Shown: piece by piece, positions 33,863 through 43,145 of the stretch
Numbering within the stretch: the stretch's first letter is position 1
Layout: each line of letters opens with the position of its first letter
Assembly (NCBI GenBank): GCA_963755125.1
Contig: CAVWIP010000010.1
Span: 1-64,000, forward strand
Direction of reading: 5' to 3'
Length of the DNA stretch: 64,000 nt
Origin: an uncultured delta proteobacterium
GTDB taxonomy: Bacteria > Myxococcota_A > Polyangia > Fen-1088
Notes under the pieces: generated by a model
Databases searched by the model: none
Told to the model about the DNA's origin: nothing
Seen by the model: the letters and a program-made list of their open reading frames with translations, nothing else
Program-made: the position numbers and the translations under genes

Positions 33863-34231
33863 ATGTCGACTCGTACCGTGAATGACGAGAGTTTTCCGAC
33901 CCTGCTCAAGAATGGGATCGTATTCGTGGATTGGTGGGCTCCTTGGTGCGGGCCGTGCCGCGCGTTTGGCCCCATCTTCGACAGGGTGGCCGATGACAAC
34001 CCGGATGTGGTGTTCGCCAAAGTCAACGCGGAAGAACACCCGGACCTAGCCATATCCTTTGGCATCCGGGCCATCCCCACTCTCATGGTCTTCCGCGACG
34101 GCATCTTGGTCTTCGCCCAGGTCGGGGCCATTCCCGAGGAGGCCCTGCAGGCGCTTGCAGGCCGGGTCAAGGACCTGGACATGGATCGAGTCCGCGCGCA
34201 GGTAGCCGCGAACGCAAAGATGCAAAACTGA
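33863..34231 (+). CDS. trxA: Thioredoxin
   Basis: VDWWAPWCGPC, IRAIPTL. Confidence 0.93.
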   Translation: MSTRTVNDESFPTLLKNGIVFVDWWAPWCGPCRAFGPIFDRVADDNPDVVFAKVNAEEHPDLAISFGIRAIPTLMVFRDGILVFAQVGAIPEEALQALAGRVKDLDMDRVRAQVAANAKMQN

Positions 34232-34251
34232 CTTCCACGAACTTCCGGCGT

Positions 34252-37200
34252 CTACCCTCCCCGCTTGCTCCGCGCAGCCATGCCTTCCAGCGTGCGATGC
34301 CACAGAAAATAGGCGAGTGCCTCGGCGCCTGCGTTCGCGCCGGCAAGCCGTACGGCCTGCAGGTGAAGCAAGACCGACAACTTCCGTTGCAAGCTCGCGC
34401 ACAGATCGGCATCCAGCGACTTTGCCACTGACGCGGCAGTCTTCTTCAAAGACATGAGCGCGGGTGCGAGCACGTCGTCATCCTTGCTTGCGAGCCAGGC
34501 AAAGAGCTGCCGCGACCGGTGTCGATATTCTTGTCGCGCATGCTCCTCGTCGAGAGAGCCCGCGCGCGCGCAAGCCGCGCGACACCGCCGCGCCAATTCC
34601 ACGCGCACTTCTAGGTCCAATCCCAACCCGATGGCCATGGCGTCAGCGGCGCGCACCGCGCTGGCCACGCGATCGGCCTGCAGTGCACCCCGATCTTCGG
34701 CTTGAAGAACGGCCACGACCAGTTCGCTGCTGGCCTGAAACAGCCGCTCCACCGCACGCATGAGCACCACCCCGCCGTAGCGCGCAGTCTCGCGGAAGTA
34801 TTCGCCTGTCTCCACTCCAACCACGTTGCCGCCCACACGCAGCGGCGCGAGGGCGCGCCGCACCCGACGAGTGAAGCTTTCGGCCTTGCGCTCGGAACCC
34901 GCGTGGGCGCGCACGCGCAGATGGTGGCGTCGACCCGGCTCGTCGACGTAGGGCAAGAAAAACCACGCGTCGATCTCTCTCTCGTCGAGCGCATCCTTGA
35001 TCGCCGGACCCACGGCTTCGAAAAGCACAGCGTCCTGGCGCTCGACAGGGCCGTACAAGCGAAAGCTGAGCCAGTGCTCGACGGGCGGCGCCTGGGCCGG
35101 GGCCGGCACGCGACCCGCAGCACGGGTCGCCCCGATGGCAGCGGTGAGGCCATCAATTTCATCGGCCTCGGGCAAGCGGGCTACCGCCACAACCGCTTCC
35201 ACACGACGGCCACCAGCATCCGGCAAGTCAGCGAGAGGCGGCCAGATCTCGAAAACCCGGCCGCCGGAAAAACGCGCCAGTTCCGCGCCTGCGCCAGCCG
35301 CGCGCAGATCCAGATAGAGCAGTTCGTCGCCCTGGCCGGCCTGCACGGCTGCGGGAACGTGGTTCCGGCGGCGCCAGCGCGCGAGGGCGCCGGGCCGTGC
35401 GATATCCGCGGCGGAAGGAACGCGCCAGCTGGCGGGCGCCACCACGAAACCGTCGAGAACCACGCGCGGCAGAAAGCTCAGCCCGGCAAGCGCGCCCCAC
35501 GAGAAGGCCCAGGGCGCTTGTTGGCGCGCGAACGACCAGCCGGCCAGCAAGCGATAGATCCCGGACGGCGCCGTCGCTGAGCGCACGCGATGCACCGGGC
35601 TGGGTGCCACCGGCTGCGAGGTCTGGTCTCGCAAGGCCAGCGGCTCTGCGGCGGCCGGATCCACCACCAGCGCAAGTTGTCCCGGAGTCACTGCCGCGCC
35701 CTCGGGCCAGCCCACCAGCGCCAGCGCGGCCTCGCGCACCGGCGGATGTGCGCACAGATCCGCCAGCGCAGGCGACGGCGCGTAGGTCACGTCCAGCGCT
35801 CTCTCGCGGGGACGCGCCTGCTCCTCGGCCGTAGCCAACTCGGCCAGCGCTTCGCGCATCGGCACCCCCAGCGCGCCGGCAAAGCGTCCCCAGGTAGCGC
35901 CACCGGGCGCGTGCAGGCCGAGCAACCAGCCGGTACCGGGCGCCGCACGCGGCGGCTCGCGGGCTGGCGACAAAAACAGTTCGAAGGTCGACGGCATTCC
36001 GAGCGCAGGCAAGATCGAGTCGAGCGCCACCGGATCGAGCGTGATCTCGGATTCGCCGGCTGCTGCGGCTTGCGCGACCGCATCGGCCAAAAAAGCGAGC
36101 ACCTCACGTCCGCCGTCGCCTATCGCCGGCTCCTCGTCTGTCTCGGCCAGCGCACTGCCATAGCCTCCGGTGGCCAAGGCTTCCAGGTCCAACGCGCCCG
36201 CGCCGAAGACCTCGACCATGGAATCGATCTGCTCGATCAGGCCAGCATCGCAAACGCGCTCTGCCACCGGACCAGCCAGCGCCTCTTGCAGGCGCAACAA
36301 AAGCGGCGCGCAGGCTGCCGCTCGCGCAACCGCTTGCCGCGAAAGCATTGGCTCGCCACACGGGCGGTGGAAAAGTGTGCCCGTCAGGTCGGTCGCTGAC
36401 TCGCTGGCGCCGGGGAGTCTGGCCAGGGCAGCGCGAGTTCCGGCCAGGTCGGTCGGCGACAGCGACTGGAGTCGCTCGCGGATCGGATCGACCACGGCAT
36501 CGACTTCGGCCGGCAGGCGCGCCAAACGCTGGGCGAACCACTGCGCCGGCGGCGGCCCCACCAAAGGCGGCGCGAGATCGTGGCAAAGCACGCCGCGGTC
36601 GATGAGCACGAGCAACAGCTCGTCCACATCGCCTGCCTCGCCACTGGCCGCAGCCTCGACCGACCCGCCGACCGCAGCCCAAGGCGTCCAATCTTGCGCG
36701 CCTTCGATCACGGCGGCCAGCACAGCGTCGACGTCGCTGAAGCGCACCTCAAGGCCGTCGCGGCCGAGACCCAGCCAGACAGCCTGCGCGCCCGCGGCCA
36801 TCAGCGAAGGCGCAATTCGCAGCCTCACGGCAAAGCGCAGCTCGGGCTCGTCGAGCAGCGCGCGCCCCAAAGCAGCCACTCGCTCCCAGGTCGGAGCCAC
36901 CACAGCCTCGACCTCGTCGGTCTCAAGGCGCGTGCGCGGGCCCAGCCTGCCCATGGCCACGCCCGCCAACAGGCCGGTGGGAGTGGGTCGAAAGGCGGCG
37001 CGGCGGGCGTAACGGGAAAGCGCGGCTGCGGCGGCCGGGCCGGCGTCTCGCTGCGATGCCGCTGCCAGATCGGGACTGGCAAGCTGCACGGCCATCGCAC
37101 CGAAGGGATGCCTCCGCAGAGCCGTTCGCGGATTCCGCAAGCCGCGCACCGGAAGCAGCGGCGCGCGCAGCAAAAAGCGTGAGATCGCGTGGAACGACAT
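34252..37200 (-). CDS. LanB-type dehydratase with glutamylation and elimination domains
   Basis: FLLRAPLLP, YARRAAFRPTPTGLLAG, TWGRF, FLPRV..VVAPASW, then WFFLPY..HHLRVR, YFRETARYGG..VERLFQASS, LLHLQAVRL. Confidence 0.88.
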   Translation of the reverse strand: MSFHAISRFLLRAPLLPVRGLRNPRTALRRHPFGAMAVQLASPDLAAASQRDAGPAAAAALSRYARRAAFRPTPTGLLAGVAMGRLGPRTRLETDEVEAVVAPTWERVAALGRALLDEPELRFAVRLRIAPSLMAAGAQAVWLGLGRDGLEVRFSDVDAVLAAVIEGAQDWTPWAAVGGSVEAAASGEAGDVDELLLVLIDRGVLCHDLAPPLVGPPPAQWFAQRLARLPAEVDAVVDPIRERLQSLSPTDLAGTRAALARLPGASESATDLTGTLFHRPCGEPMLSRQAVARAAACAPLLLRLQEALAGPVAERVCDAGLIEQIDSMVEVFGAGALDLEALATGGYGSALAETDEEPAIGDGGREVLAFLADAVAQAAAAGESEITLDPVALDSILPALGMPSTFELFLSPAREPPRAAPGTGWLLGLHAPGGATWGRFAGALGVPMREALAELATAEEQARPRERALDVTYAPSPALADLCAHPPVREAALALVGWPEGAAVTPGQLALVVDPAAAEPLALRDQTSQPVAPSPVHRVRSATAPSGIYRLLAGWSFARQQAPWAFSWGALAGLSFLPRVVLDGFVVAPASWRVPSAADIARPGALARWRRRNHVPAAVQAGQGDELLYLDLRAAGAGAELARFSGGRVFEIWPPLADLPDAGGRRVEAVVAVARLPEADEIDGLTAAIGATRAAGRVPAPAQAPPVEHWLSFRLYGPVERQDAVLFEAVGPAIKDALDEREIDAWFFLPYVDEPGRRHHLRVRAHAGSERKAESFTRRVRRALAPLRVGGNVVGVETGEYFRETARYGGVVLMRAVERLFQASSELVVAVLQAEDRGALQADRVASAVRAADAMAIGLGLDLEVRVELARRCRAACARAGSLDEEHARQEYRHRSRQLFAWLASKDDDVLAPALMSLKKTAASVAKSLDADLCASLQRKLSVLLHLQAVRLAGANAGAEALAYFLWHRTLEGMAARSKRGG

Positions 37201-37211
37201 GGACGGAAAAC

Positions 37212-38441
37212 CTACACCGCGGGGAAGGAAGTCGACAGCAGCTGCTCTACCACCAGGCACAGGCCAGCCAGGCGGGCGCCGCCGCGGCCCGCGCCGAACG
37301 GCTCGGGCACTGGTATCTGCATGTGTGGCAGGCAGTCCTCGATGGTGCCGGTGCGTTTCTTGAGAACCGCGCCAGCAAGTGCGCGGGCGTCGTAGCGCGG
37401 CCAGGGTAGAACCAGACCGTCAGCCGCCAGGGTATCCACCGGGAAATGTCCCCACGACACGATGACATCGCTGGGGCGCAAGAACGCCTGCCAGCGCACC
37501 GCGAATGATTTCCAGCTCTCGCCTGCCAGCAGCGCGCCACTGCCCAGACGAATATGGAAGGGCGTGGTTGGTGCCAGACTGTGGCGCGGGGCGATCACCG
37601 CCTCGAAGCATTCGCCGCTCGACAGCCGATGCGCCAGCCAGTGCACGATCTCGGCCGGGTGGCGGGTCGGCGAATGGCGCGGCCAAGTGTTCGCCTCGCC
37701 GTGCACGCACAGGATGTCGGCCCGGCGCTCGCGCAGCAGCGGCGGGATCGGGCTGCGCGGCGACCGGCTGTTGCGGCGCGAGTACAGGCGGTGCCGGCCG
37801 CCCGAGCTGGCCTGGACGTAGCGGATCTGCATGTCCACCATGGCGTGAAACGGCCGCAGCAGCGCCTGGAAGCGCTCGCGGTCGCCCTCCAGGTGGCCGA
37901 GCACATGGGCCAGCGCCTCGATGGTGGCCATGCAGTGAAAGGCAGGCTCGCGCCGGATGGGGTTGTACGCACTCTCCTTGGGCGGAGTGAAGCGCAACTG
38001 CGGCAGGCGCAGCAGGGCCGGGTTGGCCTTGAGCAGCCTCTGCGCCTGGCCCCAGGTGCCGTCGACGAGAATCAGGGTCATGGGCTGCCCAGGCACAACG
38101 GACTCCACGTCGCGCGCCATCGGTCCCGGATAGATGACGTGGGTCTCGCCGCTGTCCAGCGCGGCTTGCACCACGGGATCATCAGAAAAATCGATGCCCA
38201 CGCGCAACACGGCGCCGGGCAGACAAAGCCGCGCAATGCGCGCGGTGCCGATGCCCACGTCGCGCTCGCGCGGGTGTTGCAGGACGATCACCCGCGTGCG
38301 GGTTTGCAGAGGCGTGATGTGCGCGCAGTAGCAAACGGTCGTGGGCCGGCGGCAACGCTCGCACAGAGCGCGCGGCGCGGGTCCGGCGGGGATGGCCAGG
38401 GTGCGCCTTGAGGGAGCAGAGGGCGGAACAGACTCGGGCAC
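37212..38441 (-). CDS. DTW-domain tRNA-uridine aminocarboxypropyltransferase (TapT-like) with extra C-terminal domain
   Basis: CERCRRP..CYC, LQHPRE, GTAR, LVDGTW, IRREP, TIEA. Confidence 0.88.
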   Translation of the reverse strand: MPESVPPSAPSRRTLAIPAGPAPRALCERCRRPTTVCYCAHITPLQTRTRVIVLQHPRERDVGIGTARIARLCLPGAVLRVGIDFSDDPVVQAALDSGETHVIYPGPMARDVESVVPGQPMTLILVDGTWGQAQRLLKANPALLRLPQLRFTPPKESAYNPIRREPAFHCMATIEALAHVLGHLEGDRERFQALLRPFHAMVDMQIRYVQASSGGRHRLYSRRNSRSPRSPIPPLLRERRADILCVHGEANTWPRHSPTRHPAEIVHWLAHRLSSGECFEAVIAPRHSLAPTTPFHIRLGSGALLAGESWKSFAVRWQAFLRPSDVIVSWGHFPVDTLAADGLVLPWPRYDARALAGAVLKKRTGTIEDCLPHMQIPVPEPFGAGRGGARLAGLCLVVEQLLSTSFPAV

Positions 38442-38490
38442 AGGTCAAGCCATAGTACACACCACGCGCCCAGGCCAGGACCAGCTACAG

Positions 38491-39867
38491 CTACTTCCGC
38501 GGCGGCAGGCGCAGAACCGCCCCGAAGAAGCCGTCGCTGCCGTGGCGATGGGGAAACAGTTTCAAGTACGTCCCGTCGCCCAGACGGCTTGCCCTCTCCC
38601 TGCCCCATATCTCCTTGAGCGGCATGAGCGCGAAGTCCGGCCTCTCGGCCAGGAATCGTTCGACCACCGCTTCGTTCTCCTGCCGAAGCAAGGTGCAGGT
38701 CGCGTACACCAGCCGGCCACCGGGCGCCACCAAGGGCGCATAGGTCACCATGAGCGCAAGCTGCTGCGCCGGAAAACCGTCGACGGTCTTGGGCGTGAGC
38801 CGCCAGCGCGCCTCGGGATTGCGGCGCAAGGTGCCCAGGCCCGAGCAGGGCGCGTCCACCAAAACACGATCCCATGCGCCTGGCTTTGCCTCCGCTGGCA
38901 GCGCGATCCCATGCACCTCGCGTGCGGCCAGGTTCGACAAGCCCGCGCGCCGGGCGCGACGGCGCAGTTCTTCCAGCTTCTTGCCGTTGGAATCGAGCGC
39001 CAGGATGCGCCCCTGTCCGTCGAGCAGCGCGGCCAGAGCCAGGGTCTTGCCGCCCGCGCCAGCGCAGGCATCCACCACGCGGCCCCGCGGCGGCGGCGCC
39101 ACGGCTTCGGCCACCAGCTGACTCCCCTCGTCCATCACCTCGAACAGGCCGTCACGAAATGCGGACAGTCCGAAGGCATTGACCCGAGTCTCGAACAGCA
39201 GGCCTGTGGGCGACAGCTCGGTCGGCCGCGCCAGCACGCCCTCCTCGGCCAGACGAGCGATCAACTCCTCGCGCGAGGCCTTGACCCCGTTGCTGCGCAC
39301 GACAAGGGGAGCCCGGGTGTTCATGGCCGCCGCCAGCGCAAGCACATCAGCCTCGCCCATGTCCGTCACCAGGCGGTCCATCATCCAGGTCGGGTACGAC
39401 AGCCGCAAGGCCTCGCGCTCGAGACCCGCGCTGCGGCCCAAGCCCGCATCGTCTGCGGTGACCACCGCCAGGTCGACATCCCGGCGCAGAATCCGCCGCA
39501 CGTCGGCCTTCGCCGCTTCCACCGGCAGACCGTTGCGCAGCTCATAGATGAGAAGCTTCAGCTCCTGCCGGCCGGCCGGAGAGAGCGGCTCGGGCATGCC
39601 GCGGCCCTGCGCCGCCGCAACCAACTCGTCGGCCACAGCTTCCAGCCGGCGCTCCCAGCGCACCAGCCCATACACCGTCTCGGAGATCAGCCTGCGATCG
39701 CCGCTGCCGAGCTGCCGGTTAGCGCGAAACACAGTCGCGATGATGTCGGTAAGAAAACCCCACTCTGCACGCGCCTCGGCTGCGATCTCCAGGGCCAGGG
39801 CACGCGCTTGACCGCCCAGCCGGCGAGGCGTCCCCCTTCCGCCTGCGGAGTCGTTCTTTGCATTCAT
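38491..39867 (-). CDS. RsmB/NOL1/NOP2 family RNA m5C methyltransferase
   Basis: DEGSQL, DACAGAGGKT, VLVDAPCSGLG, LVYATCT, ENE, DGFF. Confidence 0.92.
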   Translation of the reverse strand: MNAKNDSAGGRGTPRRLGGQARALALEIAAEARAEWGFLTDIIATVFRANRQLGSGDRRLISETVYGLVRWERRLEAVADELVAAAQGRGMPEPLSPAGRQELKLLIYELRNGLPVEAAKADVRRILRRDVDLAVVTADDAGLGRSAGLEREALRLSYPTWMMDRLVTDMGEADVLALAAAMNTRAPLVVRSNGVKASREELIARLAEEGVLARPTELSPTGLLFETRVNAFGLSAFRDGLFEVMDEGSQLVAEAVAPPPRGRVVDACAGAGGKTLALAALLDGQGRILALDSNGKKLEELRRRARRAGLSNLAAREVHGIALPAEAKPGAWDRVLVDAPCSGLGTLRRNPEARWRLTPKTVDGFPAQQLALMVTYAPLVAPGGRLVYATCTLLRQENEAVVERFLAERPDFALMPLKEIWGRERASRLGDGTYLKLFPHRHGSDGFFGAVLRLPPRK

Positions 39868-39871
39868 ATTG

Positions 39872-41707
39872 TCAGTAACTCAACCCGAAGCCATACGGGA
39901 AAAGCGGGGCGTAGCTGGCGTCGCCCTGGTTGATCGGGATCTGCGACATCGAGCGCGGCCAGGAGTGGGACAGCTTGCCGGTCGGTTTGTAGTCGCCGAA
40001 AAGCACGTCGGCCACGCCGTCGCCTTCGCTGCCGGGCAACCACACCACCAGCACAGCCTGCACCCCGTCGATGATTGGCTCGATGGGCAGGGGCCGGCCG
40101 GTGATGAGAACCACAACGACCTTCTTGCCCGAGGCCTTGGCTGCCGTGATCAGGCTGATGTCGTCGCGGGAAAGACCCAGCTCTTTACGGTCGCCGGCAC
40201 CCTCGGCGTACGGCTCCTCACCGACCACCACCACGATTGCATCGGCCGCATCCGCGCCCCTCACGCCCGGCGCGAAAGAAACCTTTCCGCCCGCGGCAGC
40301 CTTCTGAATGGCCACCAAGATTGTGGTGCCGGGGGTGACGTTGCCCCGCCGGCCCGACCAACCCACGGTCCAGCCGCCACACTGGATGCCCATGTCGTCC
40401 GCCTTGCTGCCCACCACCAGGATGCGGCCGGTCTTGGGCAGCGGCAGCACGGCGTCCTGATTCTTGAGCAGGACCGCGCTCTGTCGAACTGCCTCGCGCG
40501 CCAGCGCCCGGTGTTCGGACGAGCCGAACTGGCCGGCGAACGCCGGATCTGGGAAGGGGTGCTCCCACATTTTGAAACGCGCCTTCTGCTTCAAGATGCG
40601 GCGGACGGCATCATCGATGCGCGCCATGGAAACCCGGCCCTTCTGAACCAGATGGCGCAGGGTCGAGAAGAACCACGTGTAGCTGACTGGCACCATGGCC
40701 ATGTCCACGCCGGCATTGATGGCCGCCTCGATCTTGCGATCGTTCGACCCCGGGAGGGTGTCGATGGCTTCCCAGTCGCTGACCACGAATCCCTCGAAGC
40801 CGAGCTCGCCCTTGAGCACGTCGGTGATGAGGTGCTTGCTGGCGTGCATGGGAGCGCCATTCCAGCGCGAGTACGACACCATGATCGAGCCGACACCCGC
40901 CTTGACGGCCGCGGCGAAGCCAGGCAGATGGATGGCGCGCAGCTCTTGTTCCGAACAGATGGCGTCGCCCTGGTCCTTGCCCTGTGAGGTGCCACCGTCG
41001 CCGAGAAAGTGCTTGGCGCAGGCAAGCACCCCGTCGGACTGGCCTGGCTCGCCCTGCAGACCTCTGACCATCGCCGCGCCCATCATCTCGGCCAGCTCGG
41101 GCGTCTCGCCGAAGCCCTCGTAGGTCCGGCCCCAGCGCTCATCGCGAGGCACGGCAATGCACGGGGCGAAAGTCCAGGGAATGCCAGTGGCCAATATCTC
41201 CAACGCCGCGGCCCGTCCGACCTTCTCGGCCAGCTCTGGGTTGCGCGTGCAGCCCATTCCGATGTTGTGCGGAAATACCGTGGCTCCCCTCGCCAATGCG
41301 TTGCCATGGACGGCATCCGTGCCCCAGAAAATCGGGATACCCAGGCGCGTGCTCAAGGCTCGCGTCTGAATGGAGGTGACCAGCTTGACCCAGTTCTGGA
41401 GCGTGTTGGGCTCAGGCAGCTGCGACGCACCGTTGAGCACCGATCCAACAGCCAGCTTGCGCACGTCGTCGGTGTTCTTGGCCAGCTTCCAGTCGATCTG
41501 GGTCATCTGCCCGATCTTCTCGTCGAGCGTCATCTTGCCGAGCAGTTCCTCGATGTCGGGCGTTGGCACGCTGGCCCGGCTCGCGGCGAGTTTGCCCGTG
41601 GATGGCCCGGGCTGCACGCCGACACAGCCAAGCACCGCGAAGAGCATGGCAGAAACAGCACGGGAAGCGCCGCAGGCAGAGACAATTTGTGGTCGTGGAA
41701 TTCGCAT
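39872..41707 (-). CDS. GH3 beta-glucosidase, secreted or lipoprotein
   Basis: MTLDEKIGQMTQ, DAVHG, RWGRTYE, CAKHFLGDGG, FVVSDW, GEEPYAE, WLPGSEG, PLFPYGFGL. Confidence 0.93.
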   Translation of the reverse strand: MRIPRPQIVSACGASRAVSAMLFAVLGCVGVQPGPSTGKLAASRASVPTPDIEELLGKMTLDEKIGQMTQIDWKLAKNTDDVRKLAVGSVLNGASQLPEPNTLQNWVKLVTSIQTRALSTRLGIPIFWGTDAVHGNALARGATVFPHNIGMGCTRNPELAEKVGRAAALEILATGIPWTFAPCIAVPRDERWGRTYEGFGETPELAEMMGAAMVRGLQGEPGQSDGVLACAKHFLGDGGTSQGKDQGDAICSEQELRAIHLPGFAAAVKAGVGSIMVSYSRWNGAPMHASKHLITDVLKGELGFEGFVVSDWEAIDTLPGSNDRKIEAAINAGVDMAMVPVSYTWFFSTLRHLVQKGRVSMARIDDAVRRILKQKARFKMWEHPFPDPAFAGQFGSSEHRALAREAVRQSAVLLKNQDAVLPLPKTGRILVVGSKADDMGIQCGGWTVGWSGRRGNVTPGTTILVAIQKAAAGGKVSFAPGVRGADAADAIVVVVGEEPYAEGAGDRKELGLSRDDISLITAAKASGKKVVVVLITGRPLPIEPIIDGVQAVLVVWLPGSEGDGVADVLFGDYKPTGKLSHSWPRSMSQIPINQGDASYAPLFPYGFGLSY

Positions 41708-41755
41708 CGCGAGACAGTACACCGGCCGAGGCGCAAGCGGGAAGGCTCACCCTGC

Positions 41756-43051
41756 TCATTGGTTGCGATGCACGATCTCGAGATCAGGGCGCAGGCCCAA
41801 GGCCGCCCCGTAACGGAACAGCCCGTCCATCTCGGCCGTGCCCGGGTCCACGGACGCACGTAGCGGCGCGCGCAGGAAAGCGTGCTCGAGAAGGCGCTCC
41901 GGCCCATGGGCGTCGTGCCGCCAGCGACTCGCACCGCCATCGAGGACTGGCGAGACGACCGCCAACGCAGCGAGCACGATCGCGGTGACGGTGCGTGCGC
42001 GGCCCAGGCGGGCTGCCAGCGCGGCCGCGCCCGCGCTCATGGGAACTGCGGCGGCCAGCAAAGCCGCAGGCAGGCCGGCGCGGGTGGACTCGAAACTGAC
42101 CCCGTTTTGCCCAGGCGGATGACCGAGCAGGAGCGCCGTGACCAGGGTGAACCCGAACCAGCACGCAACCAGCGGCGCCCTCTTGAGCAAGGCCAACGTC
42201 CCCAGCCCGCCCAGCAGCAACCCCACCACACCCAGTTCGTCGCTCAACTCGGCCGCGGTCCCGACCACCAGGGCGCGATCGTGAATCCCGCTGGGCCACA
42301 GGCCGCCGAGCGGGTGCAGGACGCTGGCGGAACCTCCCGAGGCAGCCGTCGTGGCCAGCAGCGACCCGCCCAGCGCAGCGACGAAGAGCACAGGCGCCAG
42401 CAACGGCCACCGGCTGCCCCGACGCAGATCCCACAGCCACAGCCCAAAGGCAAGCGGCCACAGCAACGGCCCAGCCACCGGATCCACGCCCGCTGCCAGG
42501 CCCGACAGGCCTGCCAGCGCGAAGCCGTGCCTTGCACCGCCCTGCGCGCGCAGAAGAGGCAGCGCGGCCAACCAGGCCCCTGCCAAAAGCGCGAGCGTCG
42601 CGGATGCCGATCCCGCCGACGTCGCTGCGTGAAATGTCGCCAGCGACAGACCACCGGCCAGCGCGGCCCCTGCGGCCAGCAGCGGCTCATACAAGAAATC
42701 GCGCTCGCCCTGACGGGCGTGCGCTGGCGGGCGCAATGCGGCCAGGAGATCGGCGCACAGCCTGCCCAGCAGCATGATTGCCAACGCGGCCAACAGCACG
42801 GACGCCAGATTGGCACGAGCGGCACCATCGCCCAGGGGCAGATAACCGACCAGACGCGAAACAAGCAAGGCCAACGGCGCGCCCAGACCCTGTGAGACGT
42901 CACCGAGCGCGGCGGCCACTCTCGACGCTGCCGCAACCCGATCCAGTCCCAGCGGCGTGCCCGCGACGTAGATCACCAGCGATGCAACGAAGAGAGCCGG
43001 GTCGAGGGCTGGCCAGGTTCTGGGCGCGTGGGGAGCCGGCCGGTCAGTCAT
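41756..43051 (-). CDS. Polytopic membrane protein, DUF2723/TMEM260-like (putative GT-C)
   Basis: Many TMs; PL..L..LPLGDGAARANLASVLLAALA resembles DUF2723; divergent. Confidence 0.5.
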   Translation of the reverse strand: MTDRPAPHAPRTWPALDPALFVASLVIYVAGTPLGLDRVAAASRVAAALGDVSQGLGAPLALLVSRLVGYLPLGDGAARANLASVLLAALAIMLLGRLCADLLAALRPPAHARQGERDFLYEPLLAAGAALAGGLSLATFHAATSAGSASATLALLAGAWLAALPLLRAQGGARHGFALAGLSGLAAGVDPVAGPLLWPLAFGLWLWDLRRGSRWPLLAPVLFVAALGGSLLATTAASGGSASVLHPLGGLWPSGIHDRALVVGTAAELSDELGVVGLLLGGLGTLALLKRAPLVACWFGFTLVTALLLGHPPGQNGVSFESTRAGLPAALLAAAVPMSAGAAALAARLGRARTVTAIVLAALAVVSPVLDGGASRWRHDAHGPERLLEHAFLRAPLRASVDPGTAEMDGLFRYGAALGLRPDLEIVHRNQ

Positions 43052-43145
43052 GGGTCGATCCAACGCGAAACCCGGCCTCCTGTCGAGACCATCACGATCG
43101 AGAGCCTAACTTGACGTCCACGTATTCGCCGTCTATCCCCAAAGG

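Noticed and set aside
43025..43037. CGCGTGGGGAGCC 13-mer identical to the repeat's 5' motif
   Set aside because: No hairpin or AGGGTTCCCA end follows and it lies in a GC-rich coding start; chance cannot be excluded
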